From Saprolegnia diclina VS20 (lineage: Eukaryota): a DNA stretch of 20,000 bases. The stretch lies in assembly GCF_000281045.1 (NCBI RefSeq), contig NW_008246075.1, positions 899,385-919,384 of the forward strand. Reading direction: 5' to 3'. A program made the position numbers and the translations under genes. Position 1 is the stretch's first letter. The number at the start of each line of letters is the position of its first letter. Below, one piece after another: positions 1-11,027 of this stretch. The notes below the pieces were generated by a model. It worked only from the letters and a program-made list of their open reading frames with translations. It made no database searches and was not told the DNA's origin.

Positions 1-381
1 TACTCTATGCGGCTCTGGGAACGAGTCTCTCAGAACGTCTCGGAGGGGCCACGAGCGCCTTGTAGCGCACACGAGCGTCTTTTTCAAGTGGACGTCGACA
101 TGGCGCCGTGGACGCTATCATGCAGCAGCAGGAGCAGCAAGCGCCGCTGCCGTTGACGCCACTTGGTCGATTTCCGCAGCCGCACCAATCGTAATCATAT
201 TTGTATCTTGTTGTTTGTATCGAGATCCTGTCCACCAACACTCTTGAAAACGGCAAATTTGTCGTGGGGATGGGCAACCCTGCCGCCACGATATCACTTG
301 GTGTTTGTATACCATACAACGCCAAATAGTACGAGTGCGTAATTAGGGTTCGGGCTCTAATCGATCGACAGTAAATCGATA

Positions 382-395
382 GCTCATTTTCAAAC
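382..395 (+). promoter_or_regulatory. Possible oomycete initiator (Inr)-like core promoter element of the ABCA gene
   Basis: GCTCATTTTCAAAC directly before the ATG resembles the oomycete GCTCATTYY Inr consensus. It would imply a very short 5' UTR. Confidence 0.4.
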
Positions 396-3300
396 ATGCC
401 TCCGATCATGCGCCTCGACTCGGACCCGCCGATGTTGGTCGCGCCGCCCGTGCAGCGCAACCATATTCGCCCGCTGCTTTGGAAGAACTTTTTGCTCAAG
501 AAGAAGCACCCGGTCAAGTGGGCACTCGAGATCCTCGTGCCCGTGGTCTTTATCATCCTCCTTGGCGCGCTCAAGGTGCTCTTGAAAGACGTCAAAGTCC
601 CGTCCGGGTGGTCGGACGATACAACGACCGTCGACAAGTACACCGGGTCCGGCTACAACCTCTACGCGAGCCGCGGACCGCGCTACTTTACGACCGAGAC
701 GACGTTCTCGGGCCTGCTATGGAGCCTCTCGGTCAAGGCGTACACCGAGTCGGCGTCAATGGCCGACTTTACGGCAGCCCAAAATCTCTCGTGCGCAGCG
801 TTCCTGCTCCAGGGCAAAGTCAACTTGGACTCAGCGTCGCCGAATGCGATTCCGTCGGCGTGCAGTGGGCGCATTGTGCCCTACAAGATCGCGGTGGTTC
901 CCGACACGGCGTACACGCGCAACTACTTTGCGAAAACGGTCGCCGCCTGGTACCCCACGATTGCTGTCTCCAACACTACGACGCTGCCGTCGTTTGCCGA
1001 CTCCGTGCATTTTTTCGCCGACGCCGCCGCGCTCGAAGCGCATGTCACCGGTATGACCTCTCCATGGATCGTATGATTGGAGCTGACATGCCTTGGAATA
1101 GATGATTTGTATGGCAAGGATCTGGCGCACCCGCGCATTCACTCGGCGATCGTCTTCAAGTCGAGTGTCCCCGAGGCTCAGATCGGGTCGGCTGTCTCGC
1201 TCGACTATGCGATTCGCATGAACTCGACCATGGACGACGACGGGAACCCGGGCGACATTCCGCGCACCAATGTCGCCAAGACAAACGCGCTTCAAAAGTC
1301 GATCGAAACCGAAGACTACCAACGCTACGCGACGCGGGGCTTTCTCACGCTGCAGACGCTCGTGACGCGCTTTGTGTTGTGCCAGCCGACGTACGTAAAT
1401 GGCGCGCCGGGCAACTGCTCCAACGCCAAGGCGACCGCGGTGGCGTCGTCGGGCCTCGACGCGCGGCTGTTTGGCCAAGTGCAAAACGACACGCTCTTGC
1501 AGCAGATCAACCTGCTTCTCGGTCGGGCCTCGCTGCCAAGCGTCGACTGGAACGCGGTGCCGACGACGGCCAAGCAGGCGCTGTTGACGCCACTGCGTCA
1601 GGCGCCGCAGCCGTACTTTGGCCAAGCTGTGTACCCGTTCCCGATCCAGGGCTACACGTCGTCGCCCTTCTACACGAGCGTCTCGTCGTTCTTTGCCATC
1701 ATATTTATCATCTCGTACCTCTTCTCGGTCTCGTCGATCCTTGTCGCGCTCATTACCGAGAAGGAGAACAAGTCGCGCGAGCTCATGAAGATCCTTGGCG
1801 TCCACGACCGCGCGATCATTTGGTCGTGGTACATAACGTATGGCGCCATCTTTGTCGTGGCCGCGATTCTCCAAGCCACCGCGAGCAAAGCCAACCTCTT
1901 CTCCAACTGCAACGTCGTGCTCGTCTTCATCTTCTTCCTCCTCTTTGGCTGGAGCGTCCTCGCGTACAGCTTTATGGTGTCGTCGGTCTTCTCCAAGTCG
2001 CGCATTGGCACGTACGTCGGCATCATCCGCTTCTTCATCATGTACCTCATCACGTCCGGCTTCTCGGCGACGACTGCCGAGTCGACCAAGAACGCCATGT
2101 GCATCTTTGCGCCCGTGGCCATGGCGTTTGGGGTCCAGACCATGGCAAACGCCGAGTCCAACTCGCTCGGGATCACGTTCGGCAATATCAACGAGCCGTA
2201 CGACAACTTTCGCTTCATCACGAGTCTGTACTACATGGCGTTCGACATTGTGCTCTACACGCTTCTCGGCTTGTACTTTGAGAAGGTCGTGCCCAAGGAC
2301 TATGGCATCACGGAGAAGTGGTACTTCTTCCTCTCGCCGTCGTACTGGCGCAACCGCCGCGCCACGCGCCTCGTCACGAGCGTCAACCTCGACGACGCCG
2401 ACTACATCGAAGGCGCGGCCCACGACGCCATCGAGCCCGTGGGGATGGAGCTCAAGGCGCAAGAGGCGAGTGGCGAAGCACTCCAGATCCGCCAGCTCCG
2501 GCGCGAGTTCAAGGTGCCGGGTGGCATCAAGGTCGCTGTGAAGGGTCTCGACCTCACCATGTACAAGAACCAGATCACGTGCCTCCTGGGGCACAACGGT
2601 GCGGGCAAGACGACGCTCATCTCGATGCTTACCGGTATGATTCCGGCGTCGGGCGGTGACGCGACCTTCAACGGCCTCTCGCTGCGCAACGACCTCTCGG
2701 AGCTGCGCCAGTCGCTGGGCATGTGTCCGCAGCACGACGTGCTCTACGCCGAGCTGACGGTCGAGGAGCACCTGATCTTTTACGGTCGCATCAAGGGCTT
2801 CTCGGGCAAAGCACTGAATGAAGAAGTCGCCGACAAGATTGCTGAAGTCGGCTTGACGGAGAAGCGCCATGTGGCGTCGAGCGAGCTCTCCGGCGGCATG
2901 AAGCGCAAGCTGTCGCTGGCGATCGCGCTTCTCGGGGACAGCAAGATTGTCTTCTTGGACGAACCCACGTCGGGCATGGACCCGTACTCGCGCCGGTCGA
3001 GCTGGGAGATCATCATGAACAACCGCATGAACCGCATCGTGGTGCTGACGACCCACTTTATGGACGAAGCCGATATCCTCGGCGACCGGATTGCCATCAT
3101 GGCCGAAGGGCAGCTGCGCTGCGTCGGCTCGTCGCTCTTTCTCAAGAACCGGTACGGCGCCGGCTACAACTTTGCGCTCGTTCGCACCGAGACGTGCGAC
3201 ACAACGGCGCTGATCGCGTTTGTCCAGTCGCACATCCCGGTCGCCAAGGTGCTCTCAAACGTCGGGACAGAGATGTCGTTCCAGCTGCCGCTGGATCACG

Positions 3301-6230
3301 CGCCGTCGTTTGCAGCCATGTTTGCGGATTTGGAAGCGCAGAGCAGCGACCTCGGTGTCCTCTCGTACGGTATCTCGGTCACGACGCTGGAAGAGGTCTT
3401 TATCAAGGTAGCGGAGATCGGCGACGAGCACCAGCAGCACACGCTCCAGCCCCGCAACGACGCGAGCCCGCTCCTCTCGCCCGCCGGCTACAAGATCAAC
3501 ACGGCCGAGGCGCCGCCGAGCCGGCTTCGCATGTTTGGCCGTCACTTTGTCGCACTCTTCAAGAAGCGCTTCCGCACGGCCAAGCGCGACAAGAAGATTG
3601 TGGTGTTTGGTGCGGTGCTGCCCGTCATCTTTGTCGTGCTTGGCATGAGCATTCTCAAGTTCAGCTCGCTCTCCAAGAACGACGACCCGCTCGGTATGAA
3701 CCTGCAGAGCTACGGCAGCACGAAGCCGGTGCCCGTGACGTGCCAAGGTGACGCAGCGTGGTGCGCGGCGTTCCCAGCTGCGTACGCGGCTGGTAAGGTC
3801 TCGCTTCTCTCGGTGCCGACGCCTGCGTATCCGACGAGCAACCCGACGGTATTTGGCATTACGTACACGGACCCAGCGATCGCAGCCAACGACACGACTG
3901 GCATCTGCCTCGCCACCGGCTACGAAGCCTACCAGCGCGGCTACGGTGACAAGCCGGTGCTCGATCAACTCGGCGGCTACGTGCTCCAGGCGTCGTCGGT
4001 CGACAACACGTACGGCTACAACGTGCTCATCAACACGACGGCTGTGCACGCGGCGCCCAACTACAAGGCGGCGATTGACGAGACGCTGTACCAACTCTTT
4101 ACGCAGCAGCCCGGCATCACGCTCAAGGTGACGAGCCACCCACTGCCGCTGACCGCCATGTCCAAGACGCTGTTCACGACGTTCATGTCGTTCGCGACGT
4201 CGATCTTTGTCGTGCTCGCGTTCGCCTTCTTCACGGCGTCGATCGTCCCGTACCTTGTCAACGAGAAGCACCACTCGCACAACTCCAAGCACCAGCAGCT
4301 CGTGTCGGGCGTGAGTCTCCCGGCGTTCTGGCTCGCCAACTTTGCGTGGGACGTCCTTCTCTTCCTGGTGCCGTGCGTCTTTGGTCTGCTCGCAATCTAC
4401 CTCTTTGACATTACGCCGTTTACTGGCAACGAGTGCTTTGGGTGCGCGGCCAACCCGTTCGGTGCGGTGATTGCTCTCTTCGTGCTTCTCGGTCCGGCGC
4501 TCTGCTCGTTCTGCTACTGCCTCTCGTACCTCTTTTCGGATCCGGCGTCGTCCCAGACGTACACGATCATGACCAACATCGCTTTCGGCACGGTGCTCAT
4601 CACGGTCTCGACTGTCTTGGACATCGTCGAGTCGACCAAGACTGCCAACAAAACACTCAAGTTTTTCTGGCGCCTCTCGCCGCTCTACTGCATCGGTGGT
4701 GGCCTCAACGCGCTCAGTAGCTACACGATCGAGTCAACAGTCGGCACCAAGGCACCCAACACGTCGGCCTTCAGCACTGACGTCGCCGGCTACGAGATCA
4801 TGTACCTCGCCATCGAAGCTGTGCTCTTCCCGATCCTCGCGATCGGCATCGACTATGCGCTCAGCTTCCCCAAGATCAAGGCCAAGCTCTCCAAGGACCC
4901 GGTCATCGTCGACGCACCAGTGGACATTGACGTCGATGTCCAAGCCGAGGCGGATCGCGTCAACAGCGGTCGCGCCGACAACGACGCTGTCGTCATGCGC
5001 AAACTGCGCAAGGTCTACAAGGGCGGCAAGGTCGGTGTGTCCAACATTGCGCTCGCTCTGCCCAAGGGCGAGTGCTTTGGGTACCTCGGTATCAACGGCG
5101 CCGGCAAGACGACGACAATGAAGATGATGACGGGCGACGTGCTCCCAACATCGGGCACGGCGACACTCGGCGGCTTTGACATTCTGTCGCAGCAGATCGA
5201 GGTGCGCCGGCTCATGGGCTACTGCCCGCAGTTTGACGCGCTCATGGATCTCCTCACGGTCCGCGAGCATTTGGAGCTCTTTGCGGCGATCAAGGGCGTG
5301 CCGTCCGGCCGCATCAACGATACCGTCGCTGAGAAGATGACGCAAATGAACCTCAACGACTTTGAGCACAAGCTCGCGGGCACGTTGAGCGGTGGCAACA
5401 AGCGCAAGCTCTCGGTCGCGATCGCCATGATTGGTGCGCCGCCCATCATCTTCCTCGACGAACCGTCGACCGGTATGGACCCGGTCTCGCGCCGCTTCAT
5501 GTGGGACGTGATCGCCGACATCTCGACGCGCTCGAAAGAGTCGACGATTCTCTTGACGACCCACTCGATGGAAGAGTGCGAAGCGTTGTGCACGCGTGTC
5601 GGTATCATGGTCGGTGGCCGCCTCCGCTGCCTCGGCAGCATCCAGCACCTCAAGCACCGGTTCGGCGACGGCCTCATGATGCACATCAAGCTCGCGCACG
5701 TCCCGGGCGATGCGATCCTGGACTTTGTCGAGCGCGAGTTTGGCGCGACGCCGACACTGAGCCTCGAAGACGCGCAGGAAGCGTGCCACCGCCTCGGCAA
5801 GCCGCAGCGCAGCAGCTGCATCGCGATGGACCACGCGACAGGGTACACACTCATGGAGTCAATCGCGAAGAACCAGTACATCCGCGCCCGCGACTTTTGC
5901 ACGTGGTGGCTCACGGAAGACCGGTTCGAGGCGTTCAACGCCTTCTTGGCGACCGCGATGGGGGCTGGTCATGCGCAGCTGCTCGAGCGCCAGAACGACG
6001 TCGCGCGCTTCAAGCTCGTGAGCCCGACCAAGTTGCTCCTCTCATCCGTCTTTTCGATGCTCGAGGGCTGCAAGACCGCGTACCACGTTGAAGAGTATAC
6101 GGTGGCGCAAACGACCTTGGAGCAAATCTTCAACAACTTTGCGAGCCAGCAGACGCAAGAGAAGGGCGTCGCGCGCGGCATGGTCGTCCCGACGTCCGAG
6201 GTGCACGAAGATTACGTCGCCGTCCAGTAA
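396..6230 (+). CDS. ABCA: Full-size ABC transporter, subfamily A (ABCA; TMD1-NBD1-TMD2-NBD2), exons 396-1050 and 1102-6230, about 1927 aa
   Basis: ABCA-type N-terminus (LLWKNFLLKKK...EILVPVVFIILL). NBD1 has Walker A GHNGAGKTT, signature LSGGMKRKL and Walker B VFLDEPTSGMD. NBD2 has GINGAGKTT, LSGGNKRKL and IFLDEPSTGMD. Regulatory motifs TTLEEVF and TTLEQIF are present. ORFs 396-1076 and 1077-6230 are in the same frame and join cleanly when the intron is removed. Confidence 0.96.
1051..1101 (+). other. Spliceosomal GT-AG intron, 51 nt, phase 1
   Basis: Donor G|GTATGA at 1051, branch-like CTGAC at 1083-1087, acceptor AATAG| at 1101. Removal deletes the in-frame TGA (1074-1076) and gives ...HVTDDLYGKD... 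Confidence 0.88.
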
Positions 6231-6998
6231 CTGGCCCATTTTATATTTCTTTATAACACATACCTAATTGCTTGCTTACACCAATCTATGTTTCGTTGAT
6301 ACGAAACGGCTGTGACGGACCTGACGTTGACGGTTACATTCAGAGCTGGAACTGTCCATTTCTGGACAGTTTTCGGGTTGACGCATACCAAACGACTAGC
6401 TTGCCCCAAGCGACGCGCTGCAAGGGCGGATTTATTCCGGTAGCAACCGCCGATGGCCCACAAAGGGGCTACCCATGTGCGACCACAACCCACGCCAAGG
6501 CAAAACCGCGACCCGCGACGAAGAGGAGCCGCCCAACCTGAGTAATGTCGATATTCATGTCGGTATTTTCGGTTCTTTTCATTTTTGATTTGCATGTTTT
6601 AAGGTTGACCCTCCTTTTACATGGCATTCGATCGACTTTAGCGTCCGGTCTAGACAACCCATCGACGGCGAACCAGTCAATCGCGAACGGACCGTTGGGC
6701 TTGCTACTGGGCTTTAGAGCCCAAGGGTCGCAACACGGTGCAACGACCTCGTGGTATAGCCGTTTTGATCGGCCATGCACTGACCCAGAGATCCGTCGAG
6801 CTATGCGTGCGCGAAAACCACTCCGACATTTCCGAGAACGAGAGAAATGACAAAATTCATTTGTGAATTTTCACCTTTTCGTGTTTGTTGGAATCCAGAG
6901 GTCATCAACTCAACTATGTACGCTTGGTTTGCATCACTCGTGTAGACCGAAGTCCAACTTGATATGTTTATGGTTAATTTGCTCTCGATGTCGGGCAC

Positions 6999-9926
6999 CT
7001 ACTCGCCGTCGTCGCTTTCGGTGACCTCCTGCAAGATGTCCTCGGTAACCTCCTGCAAGATGTCGGCCACTCGTCGCGACCGCGCCAGTGTCTTGTCGTA
7101 GTCGCGCCGGCGTCGCAAGTGGCTGCGGAGAACGTCCACTGGGACTTGGCCCGGCTGGCGCACCTTGGTCACGACGTTCACCACGATTTGGTCGTCGTCG
7201 TACTCGTCGTCGTACTCGTCGTCATCACCCCAGAGCATGTCGTCGTCGCGCGTCATTGTGCGTTCGTGGACCCGCAACTGCAGCGGGTGACCAGCGACAA
7301 TCGGGCCAATCTTGTCGCACGCCTGAATGTCGTTGACGCGAAACTCGTCGCGGATTGGGTCGTGCAAAAACTCGGCAAAGTCAATCGAGAGCTCGCAGCA
7401 CGCCGGTACCTCAATGTGGAGCAACGCATAGTCGGTGAGTTGCTGGGTCGCGTCGTGGTCGGCGGCCGCCGTCGCCTCCAAGTAGGCGCGCGCGAGGTGC
7501 GCGACGAGCGCGTGCTCCGTCGGCAGCCGCTCGTGGACCGCCTCGATCACGTCACAAAACGTCGTTCGGACGGCGTCGGCAGTGCGCACGACCGCAGCGA
7601 TCCACTTGGTTTGAATTGCGACGAGGTCCGCGCGGTCGTAGGTCGCAAAAAACGCAAACGTCGCCACGACTTGGCTCACGACGGGACTGCGCTCGTTGTC
7701 GGTCGCCGGGTCTTGCAGTAACATGTGAAAGTCAAACATGGGCGGCGCGAAATCGTCGGGCCGGAGCTCGTCCGCGATGCGCAAGAGCGCCGACGCACAC
7801 GCGCGCTGAACGTCGGCGGTGGCGAGTGCCGGCCACGCACCAAGAAATGCGGTCATTGGCACGGCGAGCGCGAGGCGCCACCCCGCGATAAGCCGGTTCA
7901 GGACGTCGGTGAACCGTCCGGCGGCCGCCGCGACGGCCAGAAGACTCGTTGCGAGCTCTTGGTTGAAATCGCGGTCGTCGTCGTAGTCGCCAAACTCGCC
8001 GGCCATGTAGTCGTCGACAACGCGGTGCAGATACGTCGTGTCGACGGTTTGGTGCAGGCGCAGTGCCGCTGCGAGACCCGGCGACATGTCGGGCACTGGC
8101 ACAAAGACGCCATTCTGGTCGAGGTCGTTCAACGTCGGGACCGGTCCGAGGAAGGAGCCAATCTTGGTCACGACGCCGTCCGGGAGGCGGTTGTACAGCC
8201 AGCGCTGCGAGAGATGGCGCGCTGGCTCCACCAAGTACATGTGCAACAACAAGTTGTACTGAAACACGATGCAGGGCAGCGTGGCGTCGTCGTAGAGCTT
8301 GTCGGACGCGACAAGGTCGTCGACGAGCGTCGAGAGGCGCGACCACATGGCTACGATCCACTCGACCGCAAACGGCTGCTCGATGGTCGCGCAGAGCGGC
8401 GACTCGGCCGCGCCGGCCAAGCTCGCGACGAGACCGTGGCAGAGCCCGACGCCGCGCAGCGACTTGGACCAGCGGTCCAGCAGCGCATTCATTGGCGCAA
8501 ACAGCGGCTCCCAGCCAAACCCTTGCACGAGCTTGGCGATGCACGGCGAAAGTTCAAGGAACGTGCGCTCCGCCGTGCCGACGCGCAAGACCGCGCCGAG
8601 AAGCCGCGAGGCGGTGCCAAGCCGGCGCAGCGCAATGAGCGCGTCACAGTACGTGTGCAGGCTGTGCGCAAACTCGGGCTCGTCGATCTCCGACACTTTG
8701 CCAAAGCGCGGCACCAGCGTTTCGACGAGCGCAGCGATTGACGGCTGCCCGAGGAGCGCGTCACTCGACGGCTTGCGCGTGGCCGCCATCGCATTGACAA
8801 GCATGCTCACGGCGGTCGAGAGCTTCGCAACGAGGGCGCGGGCCGCCTTGGGCCAAAACACGAGCGAGTACTGGGGCCCCGAGAAACCAATTTTGCGCGG
8901 GTCGGCCTTCTTGTCAAAGAGGTACGCTTGGACAGACACGTTGGTGAGGTTGTCGGCGATTACATCCGGTAGCTCCCGCAGCGCCTGGACGCGGAGAAGC
9001 TCGGGCGAGTAGCCCGTGCCGCCAACGCCAAAGAGATCAAAGTTCTCCTTGTGCTCGGCGATCACGACGTCGTAGGCGTTGGACGCTAGGAGTGCCCGCG
9101 CAAAGTCGAGATCGACCGGCGCCAGCTTGTCCCGGGCCAGCGTTGGGTTGGGCGACGCGAGCCGGATACCGCCGACGCTAAACACGGGGTGGCGCACACG
9201 CGAGGCCACCGTGAGCTTGGCGACCGCGTCGTCAAAGTACGTTGACGGCGACTCGTCGACGAGGTGGTAGACCAGAATCGCGCGCTGGCCGTACGTGATC
9301 GGGTCGATCGAGATCGTCGTCGACGGCGACAGCACGAGGCACTGCAGTCGCGTGAGAAACCGCTTCAGCTCCCACGCGCGCGTGAGGCCGCCACCACTCG
9401 TGAGCGTCACCTCGCCGCCCGTGTACATGGACGAGAGATGGAGGCAGACCGTCCCGACGCTCCGGGCCGGGCGCGTCGCTGGCACCAAGCTCGACGCCGA
9501 GCCCTTGAAATCGAGCACAAAGTGCGACAGCTGCAGCGAAAACGCGCCTTCCGACAAGAAGGCGTCCGTAATGTGCTGGCGCACGACCGTGTCCATGGCC
9601 TCGCGCCAGTCGTCGCTCTCGATCGTGAGGTGCGCCGCCGGTACGATCGCGACGCCGTGCGACGACTTGTACGCGTCCATAACGTGGTGCGCCTGGGGCT
9701 TGCAGAGCGGCCAGCCGAGCCACTCGTCCATCGTGTCGACGTGTAAGAGCGGCTCGATGGGATGCGGGATCTCAAACATGGCCCATGGCGCCGGCGAGTG
9801 CGTCGCGGAGCGACGGAGAAGCGCGACGGCCTCCTCGAACGGCTCCTTGCCCGTGGGCCCGCGGCCCCGTCGGGTCTTGGCCGGCGGCTTGCCCCGCTGC
9901 TGCTGCTTTCGTTGCCCGTTCGTCAT
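6999..9926 (-). CDS. Array copy 1: 975-aa protein with degenerate 2OG-Fe(II) oxygenase-like N-terminal domain, central F-box-like motif and Cys-containing C-terminal region
   Basis: Uninterrupted ORF. Motifs PLLHVDTMDEWLGWPL, VGTVCLHLSSMYTGGEVTL and IDPITYGQRAILVYHL match the large 2OG-FeII_Oxy_3-type proteins of bacteria and fungi (GLxVxGxGxIxLPL; FGTLVxxLPSxHxGGEL; HEVxPVTSGxRxxLxYxL). The C-terminal CC...FLxDP...VVTK also matches that family. Clear paralogy with copies 2 and 3. Confidence 0.85.
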   Translation of the reverse strand: MTNGQRKQQQRGKPPAKTRRGRGPTGKEPFEEAVALLRRSATHSPAPWAMFEIPHPIEPLLHVDTMDEWLGWPLCKPQAHHVMDAYKSSHGVAIVPAAHLTIESDDWREAMDTVVRQHITDAFLSEGAFSLQLSHFVLDFKGSASSLVPATRPARSVGTVCLHLSSMYTGGEVTLTSGGGLTRAWELKRFLTRLQCLVLSPSTTISIDPITYGQRAILVYHLVDESPSTYFDDAVAKLTVASRVRHPVFSVGGIRLASPNPTLARDKLAPVDLDFARALLASNAYDVVIAEHKENFDLFGVGGTGYSPELLRVQALRELPDVIADNLTNVSVQAYLFDKKADPRKIGFSGPQYSLVFWPKAARALVAKLSTAVSMLVNAMAATRKPSSDALLGQPSIAALVETLVPRFGKVSEIDEPEFAHSLHTYCDALIALRRLGTASRLLGAVLRVGTAERTFLELSPCIAKLVQGFGWEPLFAPMNALLDRWSKSLRGVGLCHGLVASLAGAAESPLCATIEQPFAVEWIVAMWSRLSTLVDDLVASDKLYDDATLPCIVFQYNLLLHMYLVEPARHLSQRWLYNRLPDGVVTKIGSFLGPVPTLNDLDQNGVFVPVPDMSPGLAAALRLHQTVDTTYLHRVVDDYMAGEFGDYDDDRDFNQELATSLLAVAAAAGRFTDVLNRLIAGWRLALAVPMTAFLGAWPALATADVQRACASALLRIADELRPDDFAPPMFDFHMLLQDPATDNERSPVVSQVVATFAFFATYDRADLVAIQTKWIAAVVRTADAVRTTFCDVIEAVHERLPTEHALVAHLARAYLEATAAADHDATQQLTDYALLHIEVPACCELSIDFAEFLHDPIRDEFRVNDIQACDKIGPIVAGHPLQLRVHERTMTRDDDMLWGDDDEYDDEYDDDQIVVNVVTKVRQPGQVPVDVLRSHLRRRRDYDKTLARSRRVADILQEVTEDILQEVTESDDGE
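7018..7065. repeat. 24-bp tandem duplication in the 3' end of copy 1 (DILQEVTE x2)
   Basis: tcggtgacctcctgcaagatgtcc / tcggtaacctcctgcaagatgtcg, two mismatches, in frame. Confidence 0.9.
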
Positions 9927-10009
9927 CGCAATCTTGGTCGGCAGGGATGGGCAGACGATTTCGGGCTCTTGTGATTGGTCGTTTCAATGGCGTTGCTGGT
10001 GGCTACGCA

Positions 10010-10049
10010 AAGTGTTTTTAACATGATAAACACAATGTATAAAACACTT
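10010..10049. promoter_or_regulatory. AT-rich inverted-repeat element upstream of copy 1, between copy 1 and the divergent 5' fragment
   Basis: AAGTGTTTT (10010-10018) and AAAACACTT (10041-10049) form a 9-bp inverted repeat. AGTGTTTTTAACATG resembles the elements upstream of copies 2 and 3. Confidence 0.5.
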
Positions 10050-10272
10050 GGTGACAATGTACGTGGCAGGCGCCCAGCATAATGATCCCTGTCGTCCCAT
10101 TTCCAGCGTTGAGATTTTCACGGAACTTGCTTTGGCAGTTTGGACCATCACGTCACATCAATACCGCTTGGTAAGATGAACACACCTCCCACTGGTCGCA
10201 ACCAAGGTGTTTTCTACTGCATGCCAACAACGACGCTGTTTTATACAATGCCAGTGTTGAACTGCCATCACC

Positions 10273-10526
10273 ATGGCGGGCCACGCGAGCCAAGGCGGCG
10301 TCGCCGCTGGCCAGTAAGCCCGTGGACAGCGCGAGCTACGAGCGCATGCTCAACCGACTGCACGCGATGAAGCAGCTTTTGCCGTTCATGTCGGTGGAGC
10401 TGCCCACGTATCATGCGCCGCTGCTGCGCGTCAAGACAATGTACGAGTACCTTGCGTGGCCGCTGGGCCAGCACCAAGCGCAGCAAGTCTTGGCCAGCTA
10501 CAAGGAAGCAGAGGGCCTCGCGATTC
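10273..10526 (+). pseudogene. Inverted, frameshifted and 3'-truncated 5' fragment of the array family
   Basis: PLLRVKTMYEYLAWPLGQHQAQQVLASYKEAEGLAI aligns with copy 1 PLLHVDTMDEWLGWPLCKPQAHHVMDAYKSSHGVAI. The ATG at 10273 is one base out of frame with the homologous frame and reaches a TAA at codon 15. Homology stops abruptly near 10525. Confidence 0.75.
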
Positions 10527-10732
10527 GACTAGTAGCGTTAGTTCTTTACATAAACCATCTTGTCATCAGACATTGCCGGCGAGAGACATTGGACTTGCAT
10601 CTCCAAGTGGCTTCGTCGGTCGCACTACATGATGTAGCCTGGCCGAAGGTCAAGCGGAATACGTGGATTTGGTTAAAAGGGAGGGACGCATTGGGTCCGG
10701 TCCGAGTTACAACGGTGCCACGCGCGACGTAG

Positions 10733-11027
10733 NNNNNNNNNNNNNNNNNNNNNNNNNNNNNNNNNNNNNNNNNNNNNNNNNNNNNNNNNNNNNNNNNNNN
10801 NNNNNNNNNNNNNNNNNNNNNNNNNNNNNNNNNNNNNNNNNNNNNNNNNNNNNNNNNNNNNNNNNNNNNNNNNNNNNNNNNNNNNNNNNNNNNNNNNNNN
10901 NNNNNNNNNNNNNNNNNNNNNNNNNNNNNNNNNNNNNNNNNNNNNNNNNNNNNNNNNNNNNNNNNNNNNNNNNNNNNNNNNNNNNNNNNNNNNNNNNNNN
11001 NNNNNNNNNNNNNNNNNNNNNNNNNNN
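10733..11027. other. Assembly gap (295 N)
   Basis: Run of N. Confidence 1.

Noticed and set aside
1..194. Possible last exon of an upstream plus-strand gene (...MQQQEQQAPLPLTPLGRFPQPHQS*) after a ttgtag acceptor
   Set aside because: The frame is ambiguous, there is no recognisable homology, and it is truncated by the window edge.
831..5938. Long antisense ORFs (831-3233, 3255-4292, 4734-5834, 5219-5938) over the ABCA gene
   Set aside because: These are shadow ORFs expected from strong GC3 codon bias. They are Arg/Val-rich with no recognisable motifs.
6251..6998. Short ORFs in the ABCA / copy 1 intergenic region
   Set aside because: They are short, lack the codon bias of the real genes and show no recognisable motifs.
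7088..10026. Plus-strand and alternative-frame ORFs overlapping copy 1 (and likewise copies 2 and 3)
   Set aside because: Same shadow effect. The homologous reading frame is the long minus-strand one.
10520..10545. CTAG|T at the truncation point as a possible Helitron 3' end (minus strand)
   Set aside because: There is no GC-rich subterminal hairpin, no identifiable 5' TC end and no Rep/helicase sequence.
10546..10732. YVARGTVV...RWFM* as the C-terminus of the nuclease gene
   Set aside because: The frame across the gap is unknown and the peptide shows no motif I can tie to the family.
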